A stretch of 64,000 bases of DNA from an uncultured Acidobacteriota bacterium (GCA_963807405.1 CAWEBU010000006.1:615733-679732); one strand, 5' to 3'. Counted from the first letter of the stretch, positions 46,840-56,400 are shown. Notes: generated by a model from the sequence alone, not told the origin. Numbers and translations: made by a program.

Positions 46840-47496
46840 GTGCCGTATCTGCGACTGACCGCCGACCGGCGGGGCGTGGAGCACACGTTCCTGCTCCACG
46901 TGGCCGCTCCGGGCGAGCGGCCGAAGATCCTGTATTGGTACCGCACCGTACCGGGCGTGAAGATCGGACGGCCCGCGCTCGACGACGCCGCGATGCGCTC
47001 GCTCGAGGAGCAGTATCCCGACATCGACTTCGACTGGCCGTACATCCTCGACGTCGGCGCGATGACCCCGGTCGAGGTCGAGGCCGCCATTCCGCCGCGC
47101 AAGCGCAAGCCGCGACGTCCCGAGGCCGAGGAGGACGGCAGCGCGCCGCCCGAGGCCGCGCCTCGTCAGGCCGCGCCCGGCGAGCCCGTCGCGGCGCCGA
47201 GAGAGTCGGAAGATGCGTCGGCCCCGCGCGAGAGCGACCTCCGCCCGGACCTGCTCGGCGAGTTGCTCGGCCGCGGCATCGCGGCCAGCCTCCGCAGCCA
47301 GTTCGATGCGCTGGCGGAGAGCATCGAGACGGCGGCGGTCAGCTCGGACGTGAAGGTCGCGTGGCGCGGCCGCCTCGCCCGGATGGACCCGGACGGCTGG
47401 GAATCGCCCGAAGCGGTGATGGCCGGGATCGCCACGGTCCAGCAGGACCTCGACGCCCTCACGGACGAGCTCGACAGCACCCCGCCCGGCCTCTGA
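46840..47496 (+). CDS. hypothetical protein
   Basis: GTG 46840 lies 4 nt after the previous stop. It has a structured N-terminal region (YLRLTADRRGVEHTFLLHV...ILYWYRTVPGVKIGR), an acidic/Pro-rich linker and a helical C-terminus. Confidence 0.55.
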   Translation: MPYLRLTADRRGVEHTFLLHVAAPGERPKILYWYRTVPGVKIGRPALDDAAMRSLEEQYPDIDFDWPYILDVGAMTPVEVEAAIPPRKRKPRRPEAEEDGSAPPEAAPRQAAPGEPVAAPRESEDASAPRESDLRPDLLGELLGRGIAASLRSQFDALAESIETAAVSSDVKVAWRGRLARMDPDGWESPEAVMAGIATVQQDLDALTDELDSTPPGL

Positions 47497-47538
47497 TCCG
47501 GCCGCGCTTTGTCGAGCCGACGGGCGGAGCCGTGCGTC

Positions 47539-47544
47539 TATACT
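47539..47544 (+). promoter_or_regulatory. -10-like hexamer TATACT 7 nt before ATG 47552 (possible leaderless transcript)
   Basis: There is no Shine-Dalgarno sequence between the hexamer and the ATG. Confidence 0.35.
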
Positions 47545-47551
47545 GAGACCC

Positions 47552-48850
47552 ATGGGAAACCGCCGCCTCGCCGTCGTCGGAGCCGGGCTCGCGCTCACCG
47601 CCGTCCTCGGCCTCTCCGTAGCGACCGATGCTCGTCAGGCACCCGCGGGACAGCCCCCGGCGCCGGGCGTCGAGCAGCAGCCGGGCCGCCCGGCCAATCC
47701 CGACGGCGTCTTCCGCAGCGCCGTCGACCTCGTGACCACCGATGTCATCGCCCGCGACGCCCGCGAGCAGTTCGTCGCCGACCTCACCAAGGACGAGATC
47801 GAGATCTACGAGGACGGCGTCCTGCAGGAACTCGCGTCGATGACGCTCGTCCACGGCGGCCGGGTGCTGAATCTGCAGGCGCCGCCGCCCCCGCCGCAGC
47901 AGGAAGGCATCATCCTGCCCACGGCCCGCCCGCGCAACGACGCGGCCGGACGCATCTTCCTCATCATCGTCGACGACCTGCACCTGGATTTCCGGAACAC
48001 CGGCCGGATCCGCGACCTGTTCAAGCGCATCTCGCGCACGCTGGTGCACGAAGGCGACATGTTCGGCATCGTCTCGACCGGCCCGTCGTCGCTGGCCATC
48101 GATCTCACCTACGACCGCAAGATCCTCGACGAAGCCATCAAGCGGATCACCGGCAACGGGCTCAAGCCGTCGGACATCATCCAGGGGCAGGACGGACCGC
48201 AGGGGCCGAGCGAAGTGCGCTACCGGGCGCACGTGGCGTTCTCGACCGCCCGCGACATCGTCACCCAGCTCGAACGGATCACCAACCGCCGCAAGGCGGT
48301 CGTGTGGGTGAGCAACGGCTTCGACTTCAACCCCTTCGAGAACCAGCGCCTCGGTGAGGACCCGATCTACGGGGGGCGGATGGGTCAGACGCGTGAGGAA
48401 GGGCAGGAGATGAACCGGACGATGAATCAGGGCACCCAGTTCGCCGACGCCGATCTGGCGCGTGAACTGGCCGACCTGACGCGCTCGGCGAACCGCGCCA
48501 ACGCCACCTTCTACACCATCGACCCGCGTGGCCTGGTGGCGGGGCAGGACCTCGACGAAACCGTCGACCCCAGTGACTTCCAGCAGCACCTGCGCAAGAC
48601 GCAGGACAGCCTGCGCGTGCTGGCCGACGAAACGGGCGGCATCGCCATCGTCAACCAGAACAACTTCGACAAGGGCCTGAAGCGGATCGACGCCGAGACC
48701 AGCGACTACTACGTGGTCGGCTACTACTCGAGCAACCCCGACCCGCTGAAGCGCACGCGGAAGATCGAAGTGAAGGTGAAGCGCGAGGGGCTGAACGTGT
48801 GGTCGCGCACGTCTTACACGCTGCGCCAGCCGACCCCGCCCAGCCAGTAG
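47552..48850 (+). CDS. VWFA-related (Acidobacteria-type) von Willebrand factor A domain protein
   Basis: Signal peptide present. FRSAVDLVTTDVIARDAREQFVADLTKDEIEIYEDGV and IFLIIVDDLH match the TIGR03436-type architecture as I recall it. Confidence 0.8.
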   Translation: MGNRRLAVVGAGLALTAVLGLSVATDARQAPAGQPPAPGVEQQPGRPANPDGVFRSAVDLVTTDVIARDAREQFVADLTKDEIEIYEDGVLQELASMTLVHGGRVLNLQAPPPPPQQEGIILPTARPRNDAAGRIFLIIVDDLHLDFRNTGRIRDLFKRISRTLVHEGDMFGIVSTGPSSLAIDLTYDRKILDEAIKRITGNGLKPSDIIQGQDGPQGPSEVRYRAHVAFSTARDIVTQLERITNRRKAVVWVSNGFDFNPFENQRLGEDPIYGGRMGQTREEGQEMNRTMNQGTQFADADLARELADLTRSANRANATFYTIDPRGLVAGQDLDETVDPSDFQQHLRKTQDSLRVLADETGGIAIVNQNNFDKGLKRIDAETSDYYVVGYYSSNPDPLKRTRKIEVKVKREGLNVWSRTSYTLRQPTPPSQ

Positions 48851-48858
48851 GCGCCGCG

Positions 48859-49029
48859 CTAGGCGCGGTTGCCCGAGGCGGAATCGCCGCCGGTGCCGCG
48901 TGCCTGCTCGATCGACTCGAGGATACGCGTCCGCAACCACGACACCGGCTCGGGCTGCAGTTCGGTGAAGGCACGCCACACGTCGTGGTCGAGGGCGATG
49001 CTGATGACGCGGTCGGGAGTCTGTGGCAT
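48859..49029 (-). CDS. small hypothetical protein (56 aa), possible ribbon-helix-helix
   Basis: Not in the ORF track. ATG 49029 lies 8 nt after GGAGGG, with an AT-rich stretch upstream. Translation: MPQTPDRVISIALDHDVWRAFTELQPEPVSWLRTRILESIEQARGTGGDSASGNRA. Confidence 0.4.
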   Translation of the reverse strand: MPQTPDRVISIALDHDVWRAFTELQPEPVSWLRTRILESIEQARGTGGDSASGNRA

Positions 49030-49210
49030 TGGGCTGGCCCTCCAGGAAGATGTGACCGAGCGATCCTAGCGGCCCGCCATCCAGTTGAAAAATAGAATGA
49101 TCGAATTGCACCGATGCTCAGCGTGCATCAGCCGCAGGGGTCACGGAATGCGGCTGGAATGAGACGCGTCGGCGCTGCATAATCAACCCCACCCCTGCGA
49201 GGCACTGAAG

Positions 49211-50410
49211 ATGAGCGTGTGGACCCCGGCCCGTCGTTGTGAGCGCATGCAGCCGTCGATTTTGCGCGAGATCCTGAAGGTCGCCGAGCGTCCCGGCATC
49301 CGGTCGATGGCCGGCGGACTGCCGTCGCCGGAGACCTTCCCGGTCGAGGCGATTGCCGCCGCCTGCGACGCCGTGCTGACGCGGCAGCCCAAGGCCGCGC
49401 TGCAGTACGCCGCCAGCGAGGGCTTTGCGCCGCTGCGCGAGTGGGTGGCAGCGTCTTTGTCACGCCCCGGCTATCAGGTGGGCGCCGACGAGGTCCTCAT
49501 CACGACCGGCTCGCAGCAGGGCCTCGACCTCGTGGGCAAGGTCTTCATCGACGCCGGCGCGCCGGTGGCGGTCGAGGCACCGACGTATCTGGGCGCCCTG
49601 CAGGCGTTCGTCCCCTACGAGCCGGCCTTCGTGCCGCTCGACGGCGACGACGAAGGCCCGACGGCCGCGTCCCTGGCGGCGCTGCCGACGCGGGCGCCGG
49701 GAACGCGCTTCGCCTACCTGCTGCCGAACTTCCAGAACCCGACCGGCAGCCAGATCTCGCACGACCGCCGGGACGCGATCGTCGCGGCGGCGCAGTCGGC
49801 GGGGGTGCCGATCATCGAGGACAACCCCTACGGCGACCTGTGGTTCGACGAGGCGCCGCCGCCGTCGATGACGTCGCGCTGGCCGGAGGGCGTCATCTAT
49901 CTCGGCTCGTTCTCGAAGGTGCTGACGCCGGGGTTCAGGCTGGGGTTCCTGGTGGCCCCGCGCGACCTCTATCCGCGGTTCCTGGCGGCCAAGCAGGCCG
50001 CCGACCTCCACACGCCCGGCTTCAACCAGCGGGTGATCTTCGAGGTCATCAAGGACGGCTTCCTCGACCGGCACGTGCCGACCATCCGCGAGCGCTACCG
50101 TCAGCAGCGCGATGCCATGGCCAAAGCCCTGGCCGCCCACATGCCCCCGGGCACGACCTACCAGGTGCCACGCGGCGGCATGTTCTTCTGGTTACGGCTG
50201 CCTGAAGGCTTCGACACCCTGCCGCTGCTGCAGAAGGCGATCGACGCCGGGGTGGCGTTCGTGCCGGGCGCGCCGTTCTACACCGCCGCGCCGGACGTGC
50301 GAACGATGCGGCTCAGCTTCGTGACGCTCTCGACCGACGAGATCGCGGACGCGGTGGCGACGCTCGGGAAGGTGCTGGCGGAAGCCGGTGCGCCGGCGTC
50401 GGTCGGCTAG
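49211..50410 (+). CDS. class-I PLP aminotransferase (2-aminoadipate/aromatic aminotransferase-like)
   Basis: MQPSILREILKVAERPGIRSMAGGLPSPETFP, LLPNFQNPTG and GSFSKVLTPGFRLGF (PLP lysine). Confidence 0.85.
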   Translation: MSVWTPARRCERMQPSILREILKVAERPGIRSMAGGLPSPETFPVEAIAAACDAVLTRQPKAALQYAASEGFAPLREWVAASLSRPGYQVGADEVLITTGSQQGLDLVGKVFIDAGAPVAVEAPTYLGALQAFVPYEPAFVPLDGDDEGPTAASLAALPTRAPGTRFAYLLPNFQNPTGSQISHDRRDAIVAAAQSAGVPIIEDNPYGDLWFDEAPPPSMTSRWPEGVIYLGSFSKVLTPGFRLGFLVAPRDLYPRFLAAKQAADLHTPGFNQRVIFEVIKDGFLDRHVPTIRERYRQQRDAMAKALAAHMPPGTTYQVPRGGMFFWLRLPEGFDTLPLLQKAIDAGVAFVPGAPFYTAAPDVRTMRLSFVTLSTDEIADAVATLGKVLAEAGAPASVG

Positions 50411-51309
50411 GGCGCCAGACGCAGGCGCGGGCGGACCTTCTCGAACGCCTTCATCACCTCGTCCACGGCCCGCGGGGTGCGGCTCATCTTCGGATAGACC
50501 CAGCCGGTCTCGCGGATGAGCGGGCGGCCTTCGATGCGCGCGCAGTAGAGGTGGCCGCTGGCGACGTCGCGCGCCACCGACTGGTAGGAGACGATCGTGA
50601 TCCCGAGGCCGTGACGGACCAGCGCCTTCAGGATCTCGACGTTCTCCGTTTCCATCACGATGCGCGGCTCGATGCCCGCCGAGGCGAAGAACTCGTCGAC
50701 GACGCGGCGCGTGTTCGAGCCCGACTCGAACAGCACGAACGGCTGCGCCGCGAGATCCTGGGCATTGACCTTCCGCTTCTTGGTGAGCGGATGCTTGGCC
50801 GAGGTCACGACCAGCAGTTCCTCCTGCAGCACCGGCACCGCCACCATGTCGGCGTCCTTGATCGGCAGCGTCAGCATCGCGATGTCGCCGCTGCCGGCCC
50901 GCAGATGCTGGACGCAGCGCTCGGCGCTGTCGCTCATGATCTTGACGTCGATGCCGGGGTGCTGGCGGGTCACTTCTGACAGCAGCGTCGGGAAGACGTA
51001 GAGACAGACCGTCATGCCGCCCAGGATGCGGACCGTGCCGCGCAGCGTCTCCTGGCTGTCGCTGATGAGGGTGACGGTGTCGGTCAGATCCTGGAAGACG
51101 CGGTGGCTGAGCTGGAGGAGCGCCTCGCCGGCCGGGGTGATGCGGATGCGCCGGCCGATGCGCAGGAAGACCGGCGTCTTCAGCTCGTCCTCGAGGAGCA
51201 GGATCTGGCGGCTGATCGCCGACTGCGACACGTGCAGCTTGTGGCCGGCGGCAGTGAACGAGCCGGTCTCGGCGATGGCGCGGATGATTTCGAGCTGGCG
51301 TAGGTCCAA
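50407..51309 (-). CDS. LysR-family transcriptional regulator
   Basis: N-terminal HTH (LRQLEIIRAIAETGSFTAAGHKLHVSQSAISRQILLLEDEL) and a LysR substrate-binding domain. Confidence 0.9.
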   Translation of the reverse strand: MDLRQLEIIRAIAETGSFTAAGHKLHVSQSAISRQILLLEDELKTPVFLRIGRRIRITPAGEALLQLSHRVFQDLTDTVTLISDSQETLRGTVRILGGMTVCLYVFPTLLSEVTRQHPGIDVKIMSDSAERCVQHLRAGSGDIAMLTLPIKDADMVAVPVLQEELLVVTSAKHPLTKKRKVNAQDLAAQPFVLFESGSNTRRVVDEFFASAGIEPRIVMETENVEILKALVRHGLGITIVSYQSVARDVASGHLYCARIEGRPLIRETGWVYPKMSRTPRAVDEVMKAFEKVRPRLRLAP

Positions 51310-51439
51310 CGGGTGACTCCCGCTGGCGAGTATACATGCAGCCGCGAGATGGACCTAGCGAAGTCCGCCGGAAGAAGTTATGTGACGGAGTCGACGGGAA
51401 CGGGCGTCCCGGCCCGGAATGGACCGGGACGCCGCTCCG

Positions 51440-52051
51440 TCACTTCTTCTTGATGAGGGAACAGACGCCCAATGCGCCGCTCGGATCGAGCGCATCGGCC
51501 GCCATATCGATGTGCCGCACCACTCCGGCGTCGTCCACGACGAACGTCACGCGGCGAGCGGTCCCGGAATTCTCGTCGAGGATGCCGAGGGTCCGGGCGT
51601 AGGTGCGCTTGGTGTCGGAGAGCAGCGGGAAGTCGAGTCCCATCTGATCGCGAAATGCCTTGTTGGCCCAGGTGGAGTCGACGCTGACGCCGAAGACGGC
51701 GGCGTTGTTGGCGCCGAACTGCGCGTAGTTGTCCCGGTACCGGGACATCTCGGTCGTTCAACCGGGGGAGAAGGCCGCCGGGAAGAACGCAATCACGACC
51801 GACTGCCGGCCCTTGAACGAGGCCAGGGTCGCCGTCTTCGAGACGGGACGGCCGCCATCGGGCGCCGGCTCGAGGTAGGGCAGCGTGAAGTCGGGCATCG
51901 GCTGGCCCACTTGCACCAGCGGGGGCGGCGGGGGCGGCGGCGGGGTCGGCGCCGCGGTCGTGCCCGGCGTCTGTGCCAGGGCGCCCGGGACGGGCGCCGC
52001 GGCCAGCACGGCGAACACGCTGACCCAGAGGTACAGCGAGCGTGATGTCAT
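51440..52051 (-). CDS. exported PrxQ/BCP-type peroxiredoxin with in-frame TGA (51758-51760) at the peroxidatic Cys position: selenocysteine candidate
   Basis: Track ORFs 51758-52402 and 51440-51748 share one frame. The joined product reads ...VVIAFFPAAFSPG[TGA]TTEMSRYRDNYAQFGANNAAVFGVSVDS...FPLLSD... The start at ATG 52051 gives a signal peptide and a PPPPPPPP linker. Confidence 0.7.
51727..51750 (-). promoter_or_regulatory. SECIS-like hairpin downstream of the in-frame UGA
   Basis: mRNA: UGA-acgacc-gAGAU-GUCCCG-GUAC-CGGGAC-AACU. Perfect 6-bp stem, extendable with one A·A mismatch. The apical loop starts 17 nt after the UGA and begins with GU. Confidence 0.5.
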
Positions 52052-52058
52052 GGCGTGA

Positions 52059-52958
52059 CTATACCGCGGAGCCGCGTCGGCTGCGGGGCGCCGGGCGGGC
52101 GGCGTCGGCGCGGACGCGGGCCACCGCCTCCTTGAGGTAGTGCTCGTCGAGCTCGATGCCGATGCCGTGCACCCCGAGACGGGCACAGGCGACCATCGTC
52201 GAGCCGAGGCCCATGAACGGGTCGGCCACGGTGAGGTCCGGCCCGAGCCCGTGCAGGCGCAGGCAGTACTCGGGCAGGCGCGGCGGGAAGGTGGCCGGAT
52301 GCGGCCGATCCTTCTCGCGATTCTGGATCGTCTCGTAGGGCACGAACCAGGTGTTGCCGCGGCACCGACGGCCGCCCGAGGCGCCACGCCAGCGGGCGAC
52401 ATTCGACGGGTCCTGATACTTCACGCCGAGCGCCAGGCGGTCCAGCCGGGTGGTGCCTTGTGGGGTGAAGTGGAACAGGAACTCGTGGCAGTCGTTGAGA
52501 AAACGCGCCGAGTTGATCGGCTTGTAGTGGCCGACCGCCAGGTCGTCCGCCAGGCCGGCGCGGCTGCCGGCGGCGTCGCGCTCGATGGCGATCGACTTCA
52601 CCCAGTGGATGATGTTCTGGAGGTGCAGGTGCGGCCGCACCGCCTGAGCCACGTCGAGCGCCGTCCACGGGTCGGTGGGTTTGGCCCCGACGTTCAGGAA
52701 CAGCGACCCCTGGGCGGTCAGCGTCCGGGCCACGGCGGCCACCCAGCGGCCGGTCCACTCCAGGTATTCGTGGCGGGGCTGGCCGTCGTCGTAGGTGCGG
52801 TAGCGGATGCCGAGGTTGTAGGGTGGCGACGTGACGACCGCATCGATCCGGTTCTCCGGCAGCGCCGGCAGGACATCGAGGCAGTCGCCGAGGTAGAACG
52901 TGATGGTCGACCGGCCAGTCTGGACGGTCTCGTAGGGGCGGGGAACGCGGGAGGGCAC
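52059..52958 (-). CDS. DNA methyltransferase, N4/N6 beta-class (PF01555-like), no cognate endonuclease seen
   Basis: Motif IV DAVVTSPPYNL lies N-terminal to motif I ADPFMGLGST. The start is probably GTG 52958, because the longer 53165 start would overlap the upstream small gene. Confidence 0.85.
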   Translation of the reverse strand: MPSRVPRPYETVQTGRSTITFYLGDCLDVLPALPENRIDAVVTSPPYNLGIRYRTYDDGQPRHEYLEWTGRWVAAVARTLTAQGSLFLNVGAKPTDPWTALDVAQAVRPHLHLQNIIHWVKSIAIERDAAGSRAGLADDLAVGHYKPINSARFLNDCHEFLFHFTPQGTTRLDRLALGVKYQDPSNVARWRGASGGRRCRGNTWFVPYETIQNREKDRPHPATFPPRLPEYCLRLHGLGPDLTVADPFMGLGSTMVACARLGVHGIGIELDEHYLKEAVARVRADAARPAPRSRRGSAV

Positions 52959-53025
52959 GCGCGCGAATTGTACCGCCTTCAGGCGGTGGCGTACAGCCGG
53001 TTGGCAGCGCCTCGCGGGCGCCGGA

Positions 53026-53247
53026 CTACGACGCGCGCATGGCGACGACCGGCGGGGGATAGCCCTCGGCCGTCCGGCTGTCGCGGAGCGCGGAAATCGT
53101 GTGATTCTGGCGGTGAGAGGCGCTCGCGCACTGCGGCCCCTTCTCCTCGACGTAGACCACTTCACGCGTGCTTCCCACGTCGCGGTAGCGACCGATGACG
53201 CAGCCGCAAGGCATGGTGCCGAACCCGAGGAGCTTCACGACACTCAT
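53026..53247 (-). CDS. small Cys-containing hypothetical protein (73 aa)
   Basis: ATG 53247 follows GGGAGAG. Translation begins MSVVKLLGFGTMPCGCVIGRYRDVGSTREVVYVEEKGPQCASASH... A sigma54-type promoter lies just upstream. Confidence 0.45.
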   Translation of the reverse strand: MSVVKLLGFGTMPCGCVIGRYRDVGSTREVVYVEEKGPQCASASHRQNHTISALRDSRTAEGYPPPVVAMRAS

Positions 53248-53274
53248 AATCACGCTCTCCCGCAATCGCCGCTC

Positions 53275-53290
53275 GCAAGTTCCGTGCCCA
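53275..53290 (-). promoter_or_regulatory. sigma54 -24/-12 promoter (GGGCACGgaacTTGCG) upstream of the small Cys protein gene
   Basis: The minus strand matches TGGCACG-N4-TTGCW except at the first base. TTGC ends 27 nt upstream of ATG 53247. Confidence 0.5.
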
Positions 53291-53475
53291 CCGCATCGCT
53301 AGTCTTGAAGGCGCGATTTGACCGACGACCACCTCACGGCGTATCGAAACTGGTCGCGATTCGTCACAGGCAGGTCAGGAATCGGCCAATAGTGGTGGCG
53401 CATGAGCCACCCGCCCGACGCCGTTCTGGATCATCGTTCGCCGAATTGGATGGCGCGTGACGGCGCGGCGACGAC

Positions 53476-56400
53476 TCAGCGACGAGGCGTGCGGGCCAGC
53501 TCGCGCTCGAAGGCTTCGCGCGCGGCGGCGGCCGTGGGATCGAGCGTGAGCGCCTCGGCCAGCCGCTGCAGACCGGCGGCCGAGTTGCCGCCCTCCAGCT
53601 CCAGCAGTGCGAGGTTGGTGTAGGTCGACGGATCGCGCGGATCGGCCTGGAGGGACGCCAGCAGGGCCTCGCGAGCCTCGTCGCGCCGGCCGGCCGTGGC
53701 CAGGGCGGCCCCGAGAAGGTTGTAGCCCTTGGCGTGAGTGGGGCTGGCGGCCACGAGCGCCCGCGCCTCGCTGATGGCCAGGTCGAGCCGTCCCTCCATG
53801 AAGAGCAGGCTGGCCGAGTAGTAGCGCGTGGCATCAGCCGTCGGGGCGACGAGGCGCATGCGCGCGACGACCGGCACCAGGCGCTCCCGATCCCCCACGT
53901 CGGCCAGCACGGACGCCAGCTGCTCGAGTGCCGGGACGCTCGACGGCTCACGCTCGGCGGCGGCGAAGGCGACTCCAGCGGCATCCTCGATGCGGCCGCC
54001 CGTGGCCAGGAACCGCGACAGCGCCACTTGCGCCGCCAGATGGTCGCGCGGGGCCGCGGCGTTCTCGAGCACGCGCAGGGTCTCGCTCTGCTTGCCGGCC
54101 TGGCCGGCCGCCCGCACCAGGCCTTCGAGCGCCCGCGTGTCGCGCGGGTCGAGGCGGACGGCGGTTTCGAAGTCGGCCCAGGCAGCGCCGGGCGCGCTGG
54201 CCTCGTAGAGCATCCAGCCGCGGTCCCGCCACGAGGCGGCCGAGGCGCGGCGGCGGGCGTCGACCGCGGCCTGCACCGGCCGTTCGGCGGCCAGCGCCCG
54301 CAGCGCGGCCGAGTTGTCCGGGCCGCCGCGCGAGAAGACGGCGCGCGGTCCGGTGAACTCGACCGGGGCATGGTCGTCGGTCTGGATGCGGGCTCCACGA
54401 GAGAACGCCGCGATGCCCGGTCCCTCGGCGATCAGCAGGGAGGTGAGGGCGAAGGCGTCCTGCACGCCGACGCCGGCCAGGTTCTCGGCTGCCCGCGCCC
54501 GGTCCGCCAGCCGCTCCGGCAGCGAGGCCACCTGTGCTCCCAGCGGCTGGTTCGACCCGATGAGCAGCACGTCGCCGTCGCCGACCAGCCACAGGGTGGC
54601 GTCGGGAAAGACCTCGGCGAAGGTGGCGACGATCGACCTGAGGTCGTCGCCGCTGATGTCGTAGGTGTGCGCCCACTGGCACAGCACGCCGCCCGGTGTC
54701 AGGCGCGCCTTCGCGGCCTCGAAGAACTCGCGCGTGAAGAGGGCCGCGATCCCGGCCATCCACGGATTCGACGGTTCCGAGATGATGGCGTCGTACTGGG
54801 TCTGGCCGAGCAGGATGTGGGTCCGGCCGTCGCCGAGGATGAGACGGGTCCGCGGATCGCGCAGGGCGGAGCCGTTCTCGGGCTCGAAGAAGCGCGACGC
54901 CTCCACGACTTCCGGCGAGATCTCGAGCACGTCGGCGTGGTCGATGGGATGAGTGAGGGCGGCCCCCAGTGTCACGCCGCTGCCGAGGCCGAGCACCGCG
55001 ACCCGCTTCGGATCGGGGTGGAGCAGCAGCGGCACATGGGCCAGCAGGCGCTGGGTCAGCATGTCACCGGCATTCGAGGCATCGACCTTGCCGTCGATGG
55101 CCAGCGACGTCGTACCGGCCGCGTCACGGACCGCCACCGTCGCCGTCGCGCCCTCCTTGTAGTACGTCAGGTGCCCGGCGCGCAGGGACACCTCCAGCGC
55201 GTCCCCGGTCATCCCCGCGGCGTACTTGTAGGCGCCGCTCGTGAAGAGCGCCTGGTTCCACTGCGGCATCGCCAGGCTCGCGGCGACGGCCGCTACGCCG
55301 ACGACGGCCGCCACGACGCGGCTGGCACCCCTCGCGCCTCCGGCCACCAGCACGGCCAGGCCGGCTGCCGCGGCACCCGCGCCGAGGGCTCGCAGGCTGC
55401 CGTGCAGGCCGAGCGCGGGAATGATGGCGAAACCGGCCGCCAGCGCACCGGCAATCGCGCCGATGGTGTTGAGCGCGTAGATGAGCCCGAGGTCGGCGCC
55501 GAGCGACTGGTCGTGCCCGGTGCCGGTGCGGATGGCGAACGGGAAGGCGCAGCCGAGCGCCACGGCGAGCGGCAGCAGCCACGCCGTCACGAGCAGCACC
55601 TGGCGCAGCAGCACCGACTCGAACGTCGCGTCCGGCGCCGAGACCGCGGCGGCCATCGCTCCGAGGCCGGCGTCGATCGTCCACACGGCACCGACGCCGA
55701 GCAGCACCGCCACCCCGAGGGCGAGCGACAGCCCGGCCACCGGGTGTGAGGCAGCGGCCGCCAGCCGCCGGCCGGCCGTGGCGCCGATCGCCAGGCCGAC
55801 GATGAAGATGGCGACGACGAGACTGAAGGCGTAGGTGGTCGGTCCAAGCACCTGCGCCAGCAGGCGTGACCAGACGATCTGGAGGCCGAGGGACAGGAAG
55901 CCAGAGGCGGCCATCGCCAGCGCGGCCAGCCACGGACGCGGGACCGCGGCCGCCGCGACGACCATCGGGCGGGCAGCTTTGGTCACCCGCCGCCGCGACG
56001 GGGCCGGGGCCGGGGCGGCAGGGGCAGCCGGGGTCGCGGTCTCGCCGGCCGGAGCGTCGGCGGCCGCGGCGCCCGCCAGGCGCCACGCCACCACCGCCAC
56101 GGTGAGGTTCAGGGCCACGCCGGTCCAGGTCGTCAGGCGTAGACCGATGGCCGGCAGCAGCACGAACCCGCTGAGGAGCGCGCCGAACGCGGCCCCGGCG
56201 GTGTTGGCGGCGTAGAGCGCGCCGGCCTCACGCGTGGCCGCTGCCGCATCCGGGACGTACCAGCGGGCGACATACGGAAACGTCGCGCCCATGGCCACGG
56301 CGGGCAGGGCGACCAGCAGCACGCTCGTGACGAGGCGCAGCAGCGGGAAGGCCGGCTCCGCCGGCGCCATCCGCGTAGGCGCGGCCGAGGAGCGGCTCCA

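Noticed and set aside
50407-51309. LysR regulator next to the peroxiredoxin considered as OxyR
   Set aside because: I found no Cys pair at the positions expected for the OxyR redox switch, so only the generic LysR-family call is supported.
52959-53165. Longer N-terminus (start 53165) for the DNA methyltransferase
   Set aside because: The extension is Arg/Pro-rich (MKWSTSRRRGRSARAPLTARITRF...). It overlaps the better-supported small gene 53026-53247 in another frame.
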